Assembly (NCBI GenBank): GCA_030141605.1
Contig: JAQGDQ010000292.1
Location: 62,001-126,000, forward strand
Source: Tubiluchus corallicola
Taxonomy: Eukaryota > Animalia > Priapulida
DNA length: 64,000 nucleotides
Direction: 5' to 3'
The translations under genes were made by a program, and so were the position numbers. Positions 1 through 27,690 of this stretch are shown here, piece after piece. The notes below the pieces were generated by a model. The model did no database searches. It was given only the letters and a program-made list of their open reading frames with translations, and was not told where the DNA came from. Position 1 is the stretch's first letter. Each line of letters opens with the position of its first letter.

Positions 1-180
1 AAACAATACATAATTACTGGGTAATTATTAACCTTCTTGCTTGATGCCAAGCGTTTGTTCTGACATTTTCGCATTTTATACTAACTTATTTGTTTGTTGA
101 TGCGTGGATATGTTGTTTGATCTGTTCAATAATTATTGGCCGTGAGCTTAAGTACTTGTAATAAACTTGGCATTTTATAG

Positions 181-14315
<14,135 letters not shown>

Positions 14316-14632
14316 TAAATCTCATGAGAAGTCATCATATGTTTTATTTATTTACATGTTTTGCTTATTCGCTTCAAACACTTTCTTGGTTGCCTCCTAC
14401 AACTATGTAATTGGCATGGAATGAAAAGATCTGTACTGAACTCATACTATTTTTGGAACTAAACAATTTTAGAATGTAATTGTTACAGTACCTGGGTCCT
14501 ATAGCTCTTTCAAATTTGAGTACTGTGTGAAATACAGTTATTTATTAAGTGTACATTGTACAACGATTAGTATGTACATGTTTAGTTATTACTGTCAGAA
14601 AAATTTTATGAATGCTGACTTGTAGTTTTTTC

Positions 14633-14638
14633 AATAAA
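14633..14638 (+). promoter_or_regulatory. Probable polyadenylation signal of the lectin-receptor gene
   Basis: AATAAA about 320 nt after the stop, followed by GT/T-rich sequence. Confidence 0.5.
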
Positions 14639-15209
14639 GATCTTATAGCGTGTTTGCAAATTTTCGGTTAATGTTGTTTACGATAGACTACAGATTCATA
14701 ATTATAATTACTATCGACCTGTTATTACTGTCTCTGTTGTGGTCGACTTGTTGAGTTAATTAACCTCCCAAAAGTCAAATTGTTACATTTCTTCGTCATG
14801 ACAGATGTTTTTTAAGAAATTTTAATAGTTCATGATTGTGGTGTAGTCTGTTATACAAGCAGAATAAAACTAGATGGTTCTCGGGTATTACTGTTTGCAA
14901 AATTTCGCAGTAAGTAATACGAACTCTAATGCGATTCTTTAATAGCATAATAGATGATGTTCAGAGGTCGGAATTATAGATTTAAATCTAGCATCTAGAG
15001 AATCGAAGAAAATATGAACTGGTTATACGATCATAATTGTCTTCGCCAAAACTACAAAGAAGACTTATTACACAGTGAAATTACAGTATAATATGGCGAC
15101 ATCCAGTGGCTGCGATTAAAATAACTGATATAATTGTCGCAGTACAAAGCACAATGTATCTGACATGATTTTTCCGTTGACATTTGTCTGGTCTGCTAAT
15201 TTTCATTTG

Positions 15210-15380
15210 ATGGCCTTTGTCTTTTTAGATCAATTTTTGACTCTTTGACCAGTGTTCCTTTGTCTGGTAATACTTCCTTTGACTGGTCGTCATTTGTTTG
15301 TGCCGGTGTTTTAATCGGTGGCCCTTTGTCTGGTGGTCCCTTGACCTACGGTCCTTTATCCGGTGGTCATTTGGCCGTCC
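15210..15380. repeat. Degenerate ~15-bp minisatellite (GGTGGCCTTTGTCTG-like), probably subterminal repeats of a DNA transposon relic
   Basis: Recurrent cctttgtctggt / cctttgactggt / ccttgacc / cctttatccggt units. Confidence 0.55.
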
Positions 15381-17411
15381 ATTAATTCAGCACTGCATTT
15401 GACAATTTTCAGTAAGTTGCATTTACTCCACCGCGCAAACTCTCACTTTTATTTATATAACGTAATTAAATCTTGTTCATCTATGAACTTGTAACACTGA
15501 ACGTTTATTGTATAGACAGATACACGTATTTATTGATTAAAGCCAGTGTTCGCGGAATCATTATTTATTTTGTGCCATAATGGATATTGATTTCTGCTAT
15601 ATTACGCTCAACATTTGACTCTATAAAACTTTTAAAGTAAATTACGTGGCGCCAATTCAACGCTCATAGCTGTAGCAATAAACTCTTATCTAATTAAGTG
15701 AGAAAATTATATTTGATTTGAAACAGCATTTAAGTGCTTAGAAACAGCTTAGGCGAAACAGTACATTTTTCATAATAGACACTTGAATTCTGTTGTTTAG
15801 ACTAGACATGCGTCAATGTATACAATCAACCAAACAAAATCAGGATCTGTTGCAGTTTGAAAACAATTACGTTGTTAAATAAATTTTTAATGGCGTAGTG
15901 CTACTGTTTATCAGCGTCGCACGTATTTCGTTAATTCATGTTAAATGTTGACAGTGCAACTATTCGTTTACAATCAAAGAATAAAGAATAAAAGCAAAAC
16001 AAGAAATGATTCAGAAGAAGAAGCAGAACTTTGCCTATGCAGGAAACATGAACTGGTTTTTGATGTTTAGATTTTCACAAGAATACGACGTGAACAGACA
16101 GTTTTATTGTGCTTTGTTACCACATCCAGACAATTGTTTATGATCTGATGTATCGTACATGAATTTCCTTAAAAACTTTTTACACAATATTTCTTTTCAG
16201 ATCTACGTGATTAACTGGCAAGAGTTTGCAAATTGCTCATTATGAATTCTTAGTCGGAATTACAGCTTTGCGTATAAGCAATGTATAAAGCCAAATGAGT
16301 GAATCATTATTGATTACGTTCTGGTCTCATTAACTCCTGTTTATGCAAATGCTATTAAATGCTAAATCATTTGCAGATTGCGTATTGTGACTGATTCCCT
16401 ATTCCTCTGTATTTCTCAGGCGAACATTGAAGTCTGTCGGAAGATTATGCTACATTACTTGCACCGTACGGATTATTTTTTTATTATTTGTTTGCTTGCA
16501 TGCTGGACAAAAATATATGATGCGTATATATATTATTTTCCTAGCTACGCTAATTAATGAGCGCGGAGGAAATTAAGACTCATTAAGACCTATCCAGACA
16601 GCTAATAAATTAATTGTCATTATTATAAATTGCTTCTACTGATTACATGTATAAAAGTTTTTGCATACGCCTGCCATCCAGTCTGTCCGTGTAGTGTGGA
16701 ATAAGGTATGTGTGAGTTTCGGTATGTCCCTTTGAGTTTGGAATGTCTTGATGTGATTGTACAAGATCTAGACAAGCGTCTGTTGGTCTGGACGCAATTA
16801 TGCACTATATGCAGGTCTGTATGTTTCTAGGCGTATGAAAGCACCTGTAGGTATTTGGACTCTCAATTCTCTGCTAATCTGCGCCGTTTGAACTGATATG
16901 GAAGACCGGATGTGCAGTGTGAACGCTCCTGGACAAGCGTTTACGGTCTTTGCCGAGTTTGCGCAGCGTCTGGATACAATACCTCGTCTGCGTACGTGCC
17001 TTTGCAAGGTCTAGACGAGTTCAGCTGCCTACAGATATTTTGCGGACCTCTCAGACGTATCTACCTACACCCGGGTATACTTCTGCAAAACCTGAGAGAA
17101 CTGTGTTGAACTGGTCAGTCTCACGCAAATGTAAATAAGACCAGTTAGCAACGCCGGCACTAAAACAATGTTGGTGAATACCCGGTTATGCATAACGTTG
17201 CGGCATCTATTATCTCATTAATGTTCTGATTGTCTCATTAACGGACTGTGCGCATGTGAATGGCTACTTTTTTTAGACACTGCAATTTAAAAACTTTAAT
17301 TTCGCATTTATTTGAAGTTAAAACAAATTTTAAGCTAAATATTACTAGCGCAAAATTTGGAATACTGGTGCAGTTCACTGGTGCAGTGAAAAAACGAGAA
17401 AGATAGTTATC

Positions 17412-18191
17412 ATGACGATGAATTTAGAAATTCGAACGAGGCACGTAAGATCGACGCCATTTAGAAATACAGGCAATAAAGCAGACTTGATAATGTTATG
17501 TTGAGAGTAATCCTGGGCCTGCGTCTGACGAACCTGCAACAAATAAAACATTGATGTAGGTTTTGGTAAACTTGATAATATTTTGGGAAAATTTAATTCA
17601 CTGGAGGAAAGAGGTGAAAAGTTAAGTACAGATACGGATCAAAAATTTGCGAAAATAGATTTGCGCGTCCAGCAGTTAGTGGAGACCCTAGATGACCTTG
17701 AAAATAGAACACGTCGAAACAACCTAATTTTTCATGGGATCGACTATGTTGAGCCCGAGGAAACCTGGGAAGCTAGCTAAGCTATTTTGTTGGAGGTCCA
17801 TAGATTAAGCAAGTCTGCAGCAGCAAGAAAATCTGCGCCCATCATTGCAGCATTCTCTGACTTTAAACAAAAGGAAGACATTTTTTCGCCGTGAATAACA
17901 AAGAGAGAGCAACTTAGTTTCACAGCTCAAGAGGAGTTTTCCCCCAGAACAAGGACGGCACGTAAGCATCTACTGAAACAAATGCGCGAGGCCAGAAAAG
18001 AAGGTAAACGAGCCAAAGTGCGGTACAATAAACTGATTGTGGAGAATAACGTGTTTATGTATAATCACAACTTGGGAGAAATCCAGGTTGTTGAAGCTTC
18101 TCTGCGGAAATTCAACAGGAGTAAACCTACCGCTAGCAGTGAAGTTAGTAATGATCACCTGTCTGGAGCTGGACCTGTCCTACGCTCATAG
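17412..18191 (+). pseudogene. LINE ORF1 (coiled coil + RRM-type), disrupted, with an N-terminal 2A-like motif
   Basis: ATG at 17412 ...ADLIML/VESNPGP; LDDLENRTRRNNLIFHGI; EVHRL, PIIAAF, R+HLLKQMREARKEGKRAKVRYNKLIVEN are typical of invertebrate LINE ORF1p. Confidence 0.8.
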
Positions 18192-18199
18192 GTTAATAA

Positions 18200-21100
18200 G
18201 AAAAACTAGATACAGGTCAACGGGGTCAGCAGAAACTTACATTTGCTACGTGGAACATTGATGGCTTTGGAACATTATGCGAGAAAACTAAAAATGAAGA
18301 ATTTGTTAACACAATAAACCAGTTTGACCTTATTGTACTCGTTGAGACATGGCTACCTGCACAAGTGTCGTTTGATGTAGATGGTCACGACGTATATACG
18401 TTCGGACACGAAAGGACTAAAGTTAAAGGCGGTTAAGCTGTAATTGTACGTTCTGAATTGAATCAATATTTTAAAATCGTCAAATGTACACATCCTAATA
18501 TAGCTCGGTTTAAATTGACATTAACAGTATCCGTAGAAAATGTTTTATTTTGTCTTGTTTACATTCCACCTAAGAAGCCTGGGGACGTTGAAAATCCTGT
18601 ACTAGATTTACTGTACAGTGAATTGATAGAATTAACGCAAGCGATAATAATTTTGTTCTAATAGGTGATTTTAATGGTAGAATAGCAGAGTTACCTGATT
18701 TTGTTTTCAATGAAGAAGTAACAGGTGAAAAGTCATACACAACTGTACCATACCCAGAATTTTATCAAAATAATAATGCTGAAGTTTTGTCAGGTAGAAT
18801 AAATTAAGATAAAGTTATCAATACACAAGGTAGACAGCTTATTGAACTATGTCAAGAAGCCCGTTTGCGGCTCTTAAATGGTAAGGTAGGAAACGAACAA
18901 AAAACCAGCAAGTATACATACTACCATCCTTCTGGTAAATCAACAATTGATTACATAATTGTGTCAGACAGTTTACTTCAAAATTTTACTGATATGCACG
19001 TGGCACCTCCGCAAGAGTTATCCCACCACGTGTTCATTTGTACGGAAATGAAAGCTATTGTTCCTGATATAGTGGATCAGGACGTGCGAATTTATTTAAA
19101 TCAATTTCATAAATCTCTTAAATGGGATGAAAATTGTGCTGCAGTTTATCAGAATTTATTAATGTCACATAACCGTGAAGAACAAATTAATGAAATATTT
19201 AGGCTTTGTGAAGACAATAATGTTACTAGTGCCGCAGCTAATGTAAACAAATTAATTATATCTAATGCTTTTAAGCCTGGTATGAAATATTCGTAACCCA
19301 AGGTCAGTTTAAAGGGCTGTAACACCTCCAAGCCATGGATGGACAACGAATGTAAACAAATACAGACAAGGTTAAGACATTGTTTAGGCAAGTTTCGTCG
19401 TTCTACAACAAGTAAGTTAGCAAGCGATGCATATTTTCAAACCAAAAAGCAAAAAAGAACATTGTATTCAAACAAAAGAAACGGCAATATCAAGCTAAAT
19501 TAAGAATGAAATTGACTGACTATTGTTCTGCCAATTCGAAGCAATTTTGGAAACTGTTAAAAAATTCTGGTTATAAGACTGTCACTGTAACAAAAGTAGA
19601 ACCTTTGACGCTTTACAATCATTTTAAGATGTTGGCAAATCCCGTTACAGATGCACAGTTAATTAATTTTGACAATGTTTTTTGGAACGAAGTTAAAAAC
19701 TTTATAGCTAGTTACAATTTTGATGAACAATATGAGAATGACGATTGCTATTTTAATAATCAATTTGAAATGGGGGCATTACGGAAATGCTTAAGTAACA
19801 TGAAATCTGGTAAAACATCTGGTCAATTGGCAATGATTACATACCCATTGAATGTGTTAAGGAGGGATCGGAAGAACTACTAAACTGTTTACTGTAAATG
19901 TTTAATACGATATTTAACACAGGGTATTTTCCAGTAGAATGGTCCGAATCTGTTATTCTACCTATACATAAATCAGGCCCCCGTAGTGACCCACATAACT
20001 ACAGAGGCATTAGTCTTTTAAATGTTATTGGCAAGAACTACTAATTGGAAGAACTACTAAACTGTTTACTGAAAATGTTTAATACGATATTTAACACAGG
20101 GTATTTTCCAGCAGAATGGTCCGAATCTGTTATTATACCTATACATAAATCAGGCCCCCGTAGTGACCCACATAACTACAGAGGCATTAGTCTTTTAAAT
20201 GTTATTGGCAAACTTTTTAAAGCTTTAGTGTCTAGAATCTTGGGATAGCTATACCTGAAATACAAGCTGCATTCCGGCTTAACTATAGAACTGCTGACAT
20301 TTTTATTTTAAAATCCATTGTTGACACATATTTAGTAAAAAATGAAAAACTATATACTTGCTTCGTTGATTTTAGAAAAGCCTTTGATTCGGTTGATAGA
20401 AGTTGTTTGTTATACAAACTTAGTATATTAAGAATCAAGGGCAAAATCTTGCGCTGTATACTTGTACTAAAAGCTGTATTAAAACGCAGCATGGAGTCAC
20501 AGACATGTTTTCTGTTAGTTTGGGTGTGCTACAAGGATGTACGCTTTCTCCTTTGTTATTTTCATTGTATCTTAGTGATTTAGAAGCATTTTTGCGAGTT
20601 GAAGAAGTAGATCCGGTCTTACTTGTTGTTACTACTCTATGTTTGTTAATGTTTGCCGATGATTTAAGTTTAATGAGTAGTTCCAAACAAGGTTTGCAAA
20701 ACCTGTTAAACCTGCTAAGTGAATATTGCAGGAAATGGAGACTGTCAGTAAATGCTTCTAAACAAAGATTTTAATATTTGAAAAACTAAACACTGTAGTG
20801 CCTGAACAAATGCCTTTTTAGTATAATGGTAATATGTTAAAACACTGTACTGAATATAAGCATCTAGGAGTATATTTTACTGAAAATGAATATTTCAACA
20901 AGGCAATAGATCACTTGATATGTCAGGGCAACAAAGCCAAGTTTGCAGTTCACTGTAAATCAAAAACATTTGGATATTTTGACGCCAGTCTAGCAATGTC
21001 GTTGTTTGATATTTACGTTAAACCTATCTTTGATTATGCATGCGAATTCTGGGGATATAAAGAATTTGATAACTAAGAAAGGGCATGCTTAAAATATTAC

Positions 21101-21780
21101 AAATCAGTGTTAGGATTAAATAGCTCAACTCCTACACCTGCTGTCTTGGGGGAATTGGGCAAATATCCCATCAACCTATCAATTAAAATAAGAGTCATTA
21201 AGTATTGGCTGCGTTTAGTTTCACTACTAGATGATAGTCTGTGCAAGGAAGCTTATATTTTATCTAAACAATATAATTTGCCGTGGTATTTAGGGTTAAC
21301 AAAAATCTTGTCTGATATTAATCTAGTGTTTTTATTAGGAAATGATATAGTGCCATTGTATATGAATACTTTGTAGGAAGGTTGCTGAAGGAAGGTTACA
21401 AGCACGCTATGTTACCAATTGGAAAAATTCACTAACCGAAATGTCAAAGTTATCCTTTTACAGTAAATTTAAAACTTCTTTTAAATTTGAGTCTTATTTG
21501 GTAAATGTAAAGAATGTTAACGATCGTATTGCAATGACTAAGCTTAGAACAAGCGCTCACTCACTGCCTATAGAAACTGGGCGGTATATAAGACCTCCTT
21601 TCCTCGAGAGGAGCGTCTATGTACCAAGTGTAATGAAGTCGGTGACGAATGCCATTTTATTCTATTTTGCTCTTAAATTAACACCGTCCGCAACTTCTTT
21701 GTAAATGCAATCACACGTTCTATTCCAGACTTTTATTTTTTTAATATTGATGACAAACTAACTTGTATGATGTAATCTCA
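18200..21780 (+). pseudogene. LINE ORF2 (AP endonuclease + reverse transcriptase + C-terminal Cys/His motif), disrupted
   Basis: ORF-track fragments from 18458 to 21704 are colinear pieces of APE-RT separated by stops and frameshifts. Confidence 0.92.
19870..20211 (+). repeat. 165-bp tandem duplication inside the LINE RT region
   Basis: 19870-20034 is repeated at 20047-20211 with 3 substitutions seen; 12-nt junction gaactactaatt. Confidence 0.95.
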
Positions 21781-24365
21781 TGATGTCTCTATTCAATGTG
21801 CTGTAGCTAAATTTGTTCGCATTTGTATGTAAAATTTTGTTATATGGATGTTTGGTGTTTGATCGGCCCTATTGGCCAAAAATCAATAAATTACTACTAT
21901 TGACGAAAAGGCACAGTTGTTGTTCTTGCATGTTTTTATCTGTTCTGTCAGGATTTCAAGATTGTATGTTTGTGAGACGGAATATACAGTACGGGAGACA
22001 AGAACGAGATGGGCTACAGAAGTATTATAATATTATACACCGCCGGCATTAATTACTCTACATCTATGTTAAGTGACAATAAATTTTGCCCAATTCACCT
22101 CAGAAAGCCCATCTCCGCCCGGTTCTCCCCATATAAATGAAAAGATTTACACTGGTCTGCCGATTTTATAGTGTAATGAGTAATTGTTAATGCGTTAATA
22201 CTTGTAAATTGACCAACTGCTTTATTTTAGAAGTTTTGCTTTTAGTAGTAGCAATTTACATTTATTACATCTGTAGAGCTAGTTTTTAATTACAAAACAA
22301 AATTTGTCAATAGTGCACGTAAGTCATTTTGAAAACTGGACACAAAAGACAACAAAAAATTTAAAAGCAAAAATAGATAAAGTTGCTGAGACCATAAGCC
22401 TACGTTTAGTTTAAGCTTACATATGTCTGAATACTGGACTGCCTGTCAGATTTAACAAACTGTGAGAAAAATATAAATTTATTTTATATTAATTGTTACT
22501 GTAATCACTTGAATTCCGCGAAACTTATGAAAATGTGATTGGAAAACCAGGTCGCTTGTTCTTATAGATTTTCGCTTAATTTGCAGGGTGGCTGAGTTAT
22601 GTCACGTTGTTAATGTTATTTCTGCATCTCTCCGATCAGGTTTGCTGCATCAGTGAACGATTCAATACGTCTTGGATATATTTCCAACCTAGTGCACCAC
22701 AAGTGTTGTAGACGCTATAAGGAATCACTCCATGACAAAAATCTTCCGATTTGTTCGGCGAAATTGAAGAAGTGGCCTATTCATCATGCTCAAGATCAGA
22801 CTCAGAGGTTACTAGAGATTTGCTTTCCTAATGACAAACAATTCATGACCGCATTACTTCATGATCCTTTCTTCATTTGTATTCTGGTCATGCAGCCACT
22901 GTGTAACTTCTCGTGGTAAAATAACGCACCGCACAGTGCACACATGGCTCTGCTTCAGTCAGTGTATATAGCCTCTGTCAAGAATTGACTTGTGAATGAT
23001 AAAGATGCGTCTGATAATAGAGAAAAATCGGCATTGCCGTGAATTTATGGAAAGCCATGAAAAGGAATTTATGTTGACTTCGACGCTCTAAGCAAATGAT
23101 AAATTTTATTCGAAATGAGCTATTATTTTTTTTTTATATGGAAGAGCCATAAATGGTGCTGGAACACTAAAAACTCAAAACCGTTACAAATTAAGCTGGT
23201 GGCAGACGAATTTAAAGTGTGAGCAATTTGCAAAACAATTATAAATGTAACTATAACGTTACCACGTCGTGCGATAAAACGTGTTAAAGAATTGAAAATG
23301 TGATGTCGTCCTGGGAGAATCGTTCGTAATTATGTGCGTGTACATGTAGGTAAGTAGCAGCTTACTTTTAGTTACTTTTTTGTAAATGTTGAAAGAAAAC
23401 TTAACTCAACTTGCAAAAAACACAAATAAAACAATAACACCCAAACTATTAAAGTTCCTCAACACAATCGACGACAGGTTTTACAGAAGGTAACTGTGAA
23501 AACTATTTTATTTAATTCTTTGTTTGATGTGTCTATATTGGTCTCATTTTTCTTCCACCCGTTTCTTGGACACTATTTTACTTTGTACCCACGTGGAAGC
23601 CTTCTACTTTAATAATCTTTTACCACTTGCATATTACTAAAATTTTTGCTTCCATTCTTTCTGAATCTGCATGTTTATGATTTCAAGTTTTGTTTCTATG
23701 ACTGGGTTCTATGCTTACAAGTACCAGACGAAGTGCATGTATACAAACAGTTATTACTCTAAAATACGTACACCTGATACATGCATCCTTTACAAATTGG
23801 ACATTATCAGGCATGTATAACGCTAACGCTAAAAACGACATAATCCATGTCATAACAGCTTGACTTCAAGTGTCCCGTTGCTCCATGCTTAAACTGGCTA
23901 TGCTTAGCGTTCATATTAACGATCAACTACGCTTTTTTATACTCCTGTCATGACCACGTTTTAATTCAATGCTTAGAATATACTAGTGCATTTTCGCTTC
24001 TATTACTTCTATGTGGGTTATTTTCAAGATAACGGATGTTGCTTTACACAGTTGTAGAGCTTAAATTACGATTCTAGCCAACAATTATAGTATAGTTTAT
24101 TTAAAAAATTATGTTAGTTTCACTGTTGTAACACTGTTACTTGACATTTACATGGTGGTATGTTCATCCTAGGTCATTCGTATCGTGTATCTGAGGCTCT
24201 CCCTGAAAGGAAAACACGCAGCCACGTTGTGGAATATCTTGGCAGGTTGCTTAAAACGACTTTATTAGGTGCTCAGTGGGGGGAGGCTTGCTGCGGACGA
24301 TTGCAATAAATCGTTCTGTCAGAACTTCTAAATCACTAAAGATATATGTTTCATTTTTAGTCATT

Positions 24366-24414
24366 TAGAGAAGGGGGAGGGAGGAGAGAGGGGGAGAAAG
24401 AGAGAGCGAGAGAG

Positions 24415-24447
<33 letters not shown>

Positions 24448-24482
24448 GCGGGAAAGAGACGGGAGAACGAGAGAAAGAGAGA
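24366..24482. repeat. (GA)-rich microsatellite
   Basis: Polypurine GA tract. Confidence 0.9.
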
Positions 24483-24719
24483 ATGTACGGGACTACTGAT
24501 GGTGCCACATCGCCTGCAGTGATATGTTGTATAACTGGTGCACAACGTGGAGCCTTAAAATTAATGTGCAGACAAACATGTTTTAGGCAATTCAAATACT
24601 GCGGCAATCACGTTCCCTAATTTAAAAAAGCGATACAAAGTAATACAATGTGTCTACTGCAAAGTTTTGGATGTGATCGTAGATTTATCATTCGCCTAAC
24701 ACAACGCTTACAATTGATA

Positions 24720-25475
24720 TAGTGGCACAAGCGTCTGCAATCATCTTGGCAGTTATCTTGAAATCCTACTTGAGGCGATTGTTGTAGGCATTTTTAAGCA
24801 TTACCTATGGATTCCTTGACTTTGAAAACCTGTATTTATACACCAAAATCGTCATCTAAACTATCCACGGCCATCTTGTCGGCATCTTGCAAATGGTGGT
24901 TATATTAGCTATTTTTCGTTGACCTCATATACCAAATTGAGCAAAAATTAGTAAGTTTTTCACCATTCTGTTAGACTGCATATGTCGGGGCCCTTCAAAT
25001 CCAGCGGCCATTTAGTTTTTCTTTATTAAACTGTTAAATCGCTTTGCATTTGCATATTTTTGGGAGTCTAGTAGGAGCTTTTTAGATTCAGCAAAGTTGA
25101 ATTAATAAAAATAATTTACTTTTTGTTTTTGTAATATATCTCGAGATGAAAATTGCATGCTCAGCATAATTTCATTTTGTGTGGCGGCTTTTTTTGAAAA
25201 AAAGTAACCTATGCGGATTCTTTATTTCCAACTACCCTAGACTAGTCTTAATTGCTTCTTAATGATAAGTTTTCTGGGAAATTTCAGCCTTTTCATTTAT
25301 ATGGTTCGCAGCCATTATAAACTTGGCAGCCATTTTGTTTTTTGCGTTTTTGACCCTTTTCCGCTATATTCCTTCTGTATTCCCTTATTCTGAAAGTTCG
25401 TTTAGTCAAGATTAAGAACCACCATGTAAGGCGCGGTAAATTTTCTGACCCGCAAATGCATATATGCAGGCCTGT
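24720..25475. mobile_element. Degenerate non-autonomous DNA transposon fragment(s), possibly Academ-like
   Basis: Recurrent GGCCATCTTG/GCAGCCATTTTG motifs and an 'attccttgactttgaaaacctgtatttatacaccaaaatc' block typical of invertebrate DNA-TE families; ends not resolved. Confidence 0.35.
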
Positions 25476-27299
25476 ATGTGCATATTATACATTTTGTCTT
25501 TAGTAACGTTTATTTTTTGCTGGCCCATTTGTAATGGTGGTTCAATAAACAAACATTAGTGTATATATATATAAATAAGAAATTGATCATCATCATTGTC
25601 ATCATCATCGCCGTCCAATAGTTGTTATAAACTACATATTTCGAACTTGTTATACAAGATGAATGAAATTTGAGTTACGAATTCTAATCCGACGAACATA
25701 GTCGGGATGATCTGTACTAATGAATCGTGTTTATAACAGATTATCTTAAATTTATCGTCCGCATTATCGTAATCTTTTTAGATTCTATACAATGCACACT
25801 ATTTTTTGTTCGATTATACAGTTCTTACAATCGCACATTTCATAGTTTCAATAGAATGCAGGTATATCGTGATACTCCGTGTATTTCTTCGAAGTCCAAT
25901 CATCATATTAACCCTTATAATTGCATTATGAATTATTAATTGACAGTCTTATTAATGTCGTTTGTTTAATTGTCATGCTTCGATTAGTTTGTGTTGCCAG
26001 CAGAATCAGAGCTGTGTGGCAACTCGACAGAGGTGAGCAACTCAGTTACGAATTCACACCATTCCTTGTCCACATCCAATGCAAATCATATTTCGCAAAT
26101 TATCGGTCGTGTAAAATCAGCTGTAATTTGGCATTTCTAATGTTTGTCCATGACCATGGCAAATGGGAAAGATGGGGAACCGTCGATGCGTGTATGATGT
26201 GATTGATTTTGCTTGGCGCACTCTCTAGCTACTGCTGTACAGCTAAAGCAGCTACTGTCTCTGATGATGCGAGTGCCAATGTCGTACGTGCTTTACGAAT
26301 TAAACGCGCGTCACACGCTGTTCTGTGTGAGAAGCCGCTTAGACTAAGCCAATGTCAAGTCAGTAGAGAAGCAAATGCCAAAAGACTAACCGCAAACTGG
26401 GCTAATTATTGTCGAACTCGAATCTAAAGCTGTCCTCATCAGTGAGTCGTTCTGCAGCTAGGAGCTCTTCGAGTTCCAATCAGTACGTGCTGATAGCATT
26501 TGCCTTCAGGGCTGCTGCACAAATTTCTCGAGTTAAAGTGTTCAATTTGTTTTTGAATCCGTGGGAGAAGGCTAATGACTATAGATTGGTGGGGTGATCA
26601 GAGTGTGGAAGTCAATTTCACTAGCAGGCTTCAACTCTGCTAGATTTGAGATGAAACCCGCTCTGCTGTAGTAGCTGCTTGCGATGATTGAAACTGTCGT
26701 CTGCTGTCATGTCAGACCTCGCTGGCTCATTGTCTGGTAATGTACGAAGCAGCTGTGAGAAAAGATAGGAGAACAGTTTGATGAAAAGCCAGAAAATATC
26801 TCTCGCTGTTGATGTCAAGTCACATTACAATGATTTATTGATGCGGGGATTAAGCACGGTAATAACGAAGCCAGGATATGTAACCAGACAGCAGTTGTAG
26901 GCCATGAGCAATGCTGGGTAAATATTTCCACATTTTCGTTAAATTCATTACATTACATTGTTTTCACTACGTTTTCTGTGACTCGCAAGTGATCGACTAG
27001 TCACTTAATGGTCGTTAGTTACGTTAATTAATTGTAATTTATCTATGGTAGTGTTAAATGGTTGTTTCTCTACCGATGTACAGGGTGAGCATAACCTTAT
27101 ACTAGGGGAGTACAAACACGATGAGTAATAGTACTGAATAATTTATTACATCAAACTTTCTGGACAATAATGATTCTATATTAGCCTCATATTTAGCATG
27201 AAAGCCTTGCAGCCTGAGTTCTTGAGGGTATGACTCTAGTAGCAACCTGAAACTATGGGCTTTAATTCTTTTTCATCGAGTTGAACGGCCTCGAAATGT

Positions 27300-27690
27300 T
27301 CTTTGTCTCAAGTTCCCAACACAGTCAAACGCATTCCAACTATCCTGAAAGACAGAGCGTGTGCTAAGATAATCAAGGACCATGCCGCTAATCAGTGTTC
27401 TACAGACAAACTTGTGAGACATCTGCAAGAAGTGTTCTAGGTTCTTGAGTTTTCAGGTGCTGCTTGGATTATACCTGTCATATCAAGATTGTAGGCTGTG
27501 CAAGGCACAGGAGGCTTCCACGGTATCCACATCAAATATTGAGGACTGCATAGATTCTCCATTGTTTCAGTAATACTTTGATGTAATATGCGGTTCTATA
27601 CTGTAACTTGTTGTTTTTGTACCTCCTAGTAAAATGTTATGAACTACCTTGTAATGTACATGATGACGGACATCAATAAATCTATCAGTT
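27300..27690 (+). mobile_element. Possible highly decayed LINE 3' end
   Basis: DCRLCKAQEAST..HI Cys motif at about 27487, followed by a 3'UTR-like tract ending AATAAATCTATC. Confidence 0.3.

Larger units (their letters stand above)
17400..21900 (+). mobile_element. Near full-length decayed non-LTR retrotransposon (LINE), RTE-X-like; the 5' UTR may extend further upstream
   Basis: ORF1-like coiled coil + RRNNLIFHGI; APE motifs (TWNIDG, LVETW, GDFN, STIDY); RT motifs (NYRGISLL, FVDFRKAFDSV, GVLQGCTLSPLLF, FADDL, YKHLG); C-terminal LRTSAHSLPIETGRY...CTKC..GDECHF zinc-like motif; ends AATAAA-TTACTACTAT; many stops and frameshifts. The clade is assigned from motif recall only. Confidence 0.93.

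Noticed and set aside
16840-16910. Possible tRNA-derived SINE head on the minus strand (B-box-like gagtccaaatacc)
   Set aside because: No convincing A box, cloverleaf, tail or TSD could be identified
17200-17400. Target-site duplication / exact 5' end of the large LINE
   Set aside because: I found no direct repeat matching the sequence after 21900, so the 5' boundary is left approximate
22653-22919. 88-aa ORF
   Set aside because: No recognisable domain, no consistent splice partners and a non-ATG start
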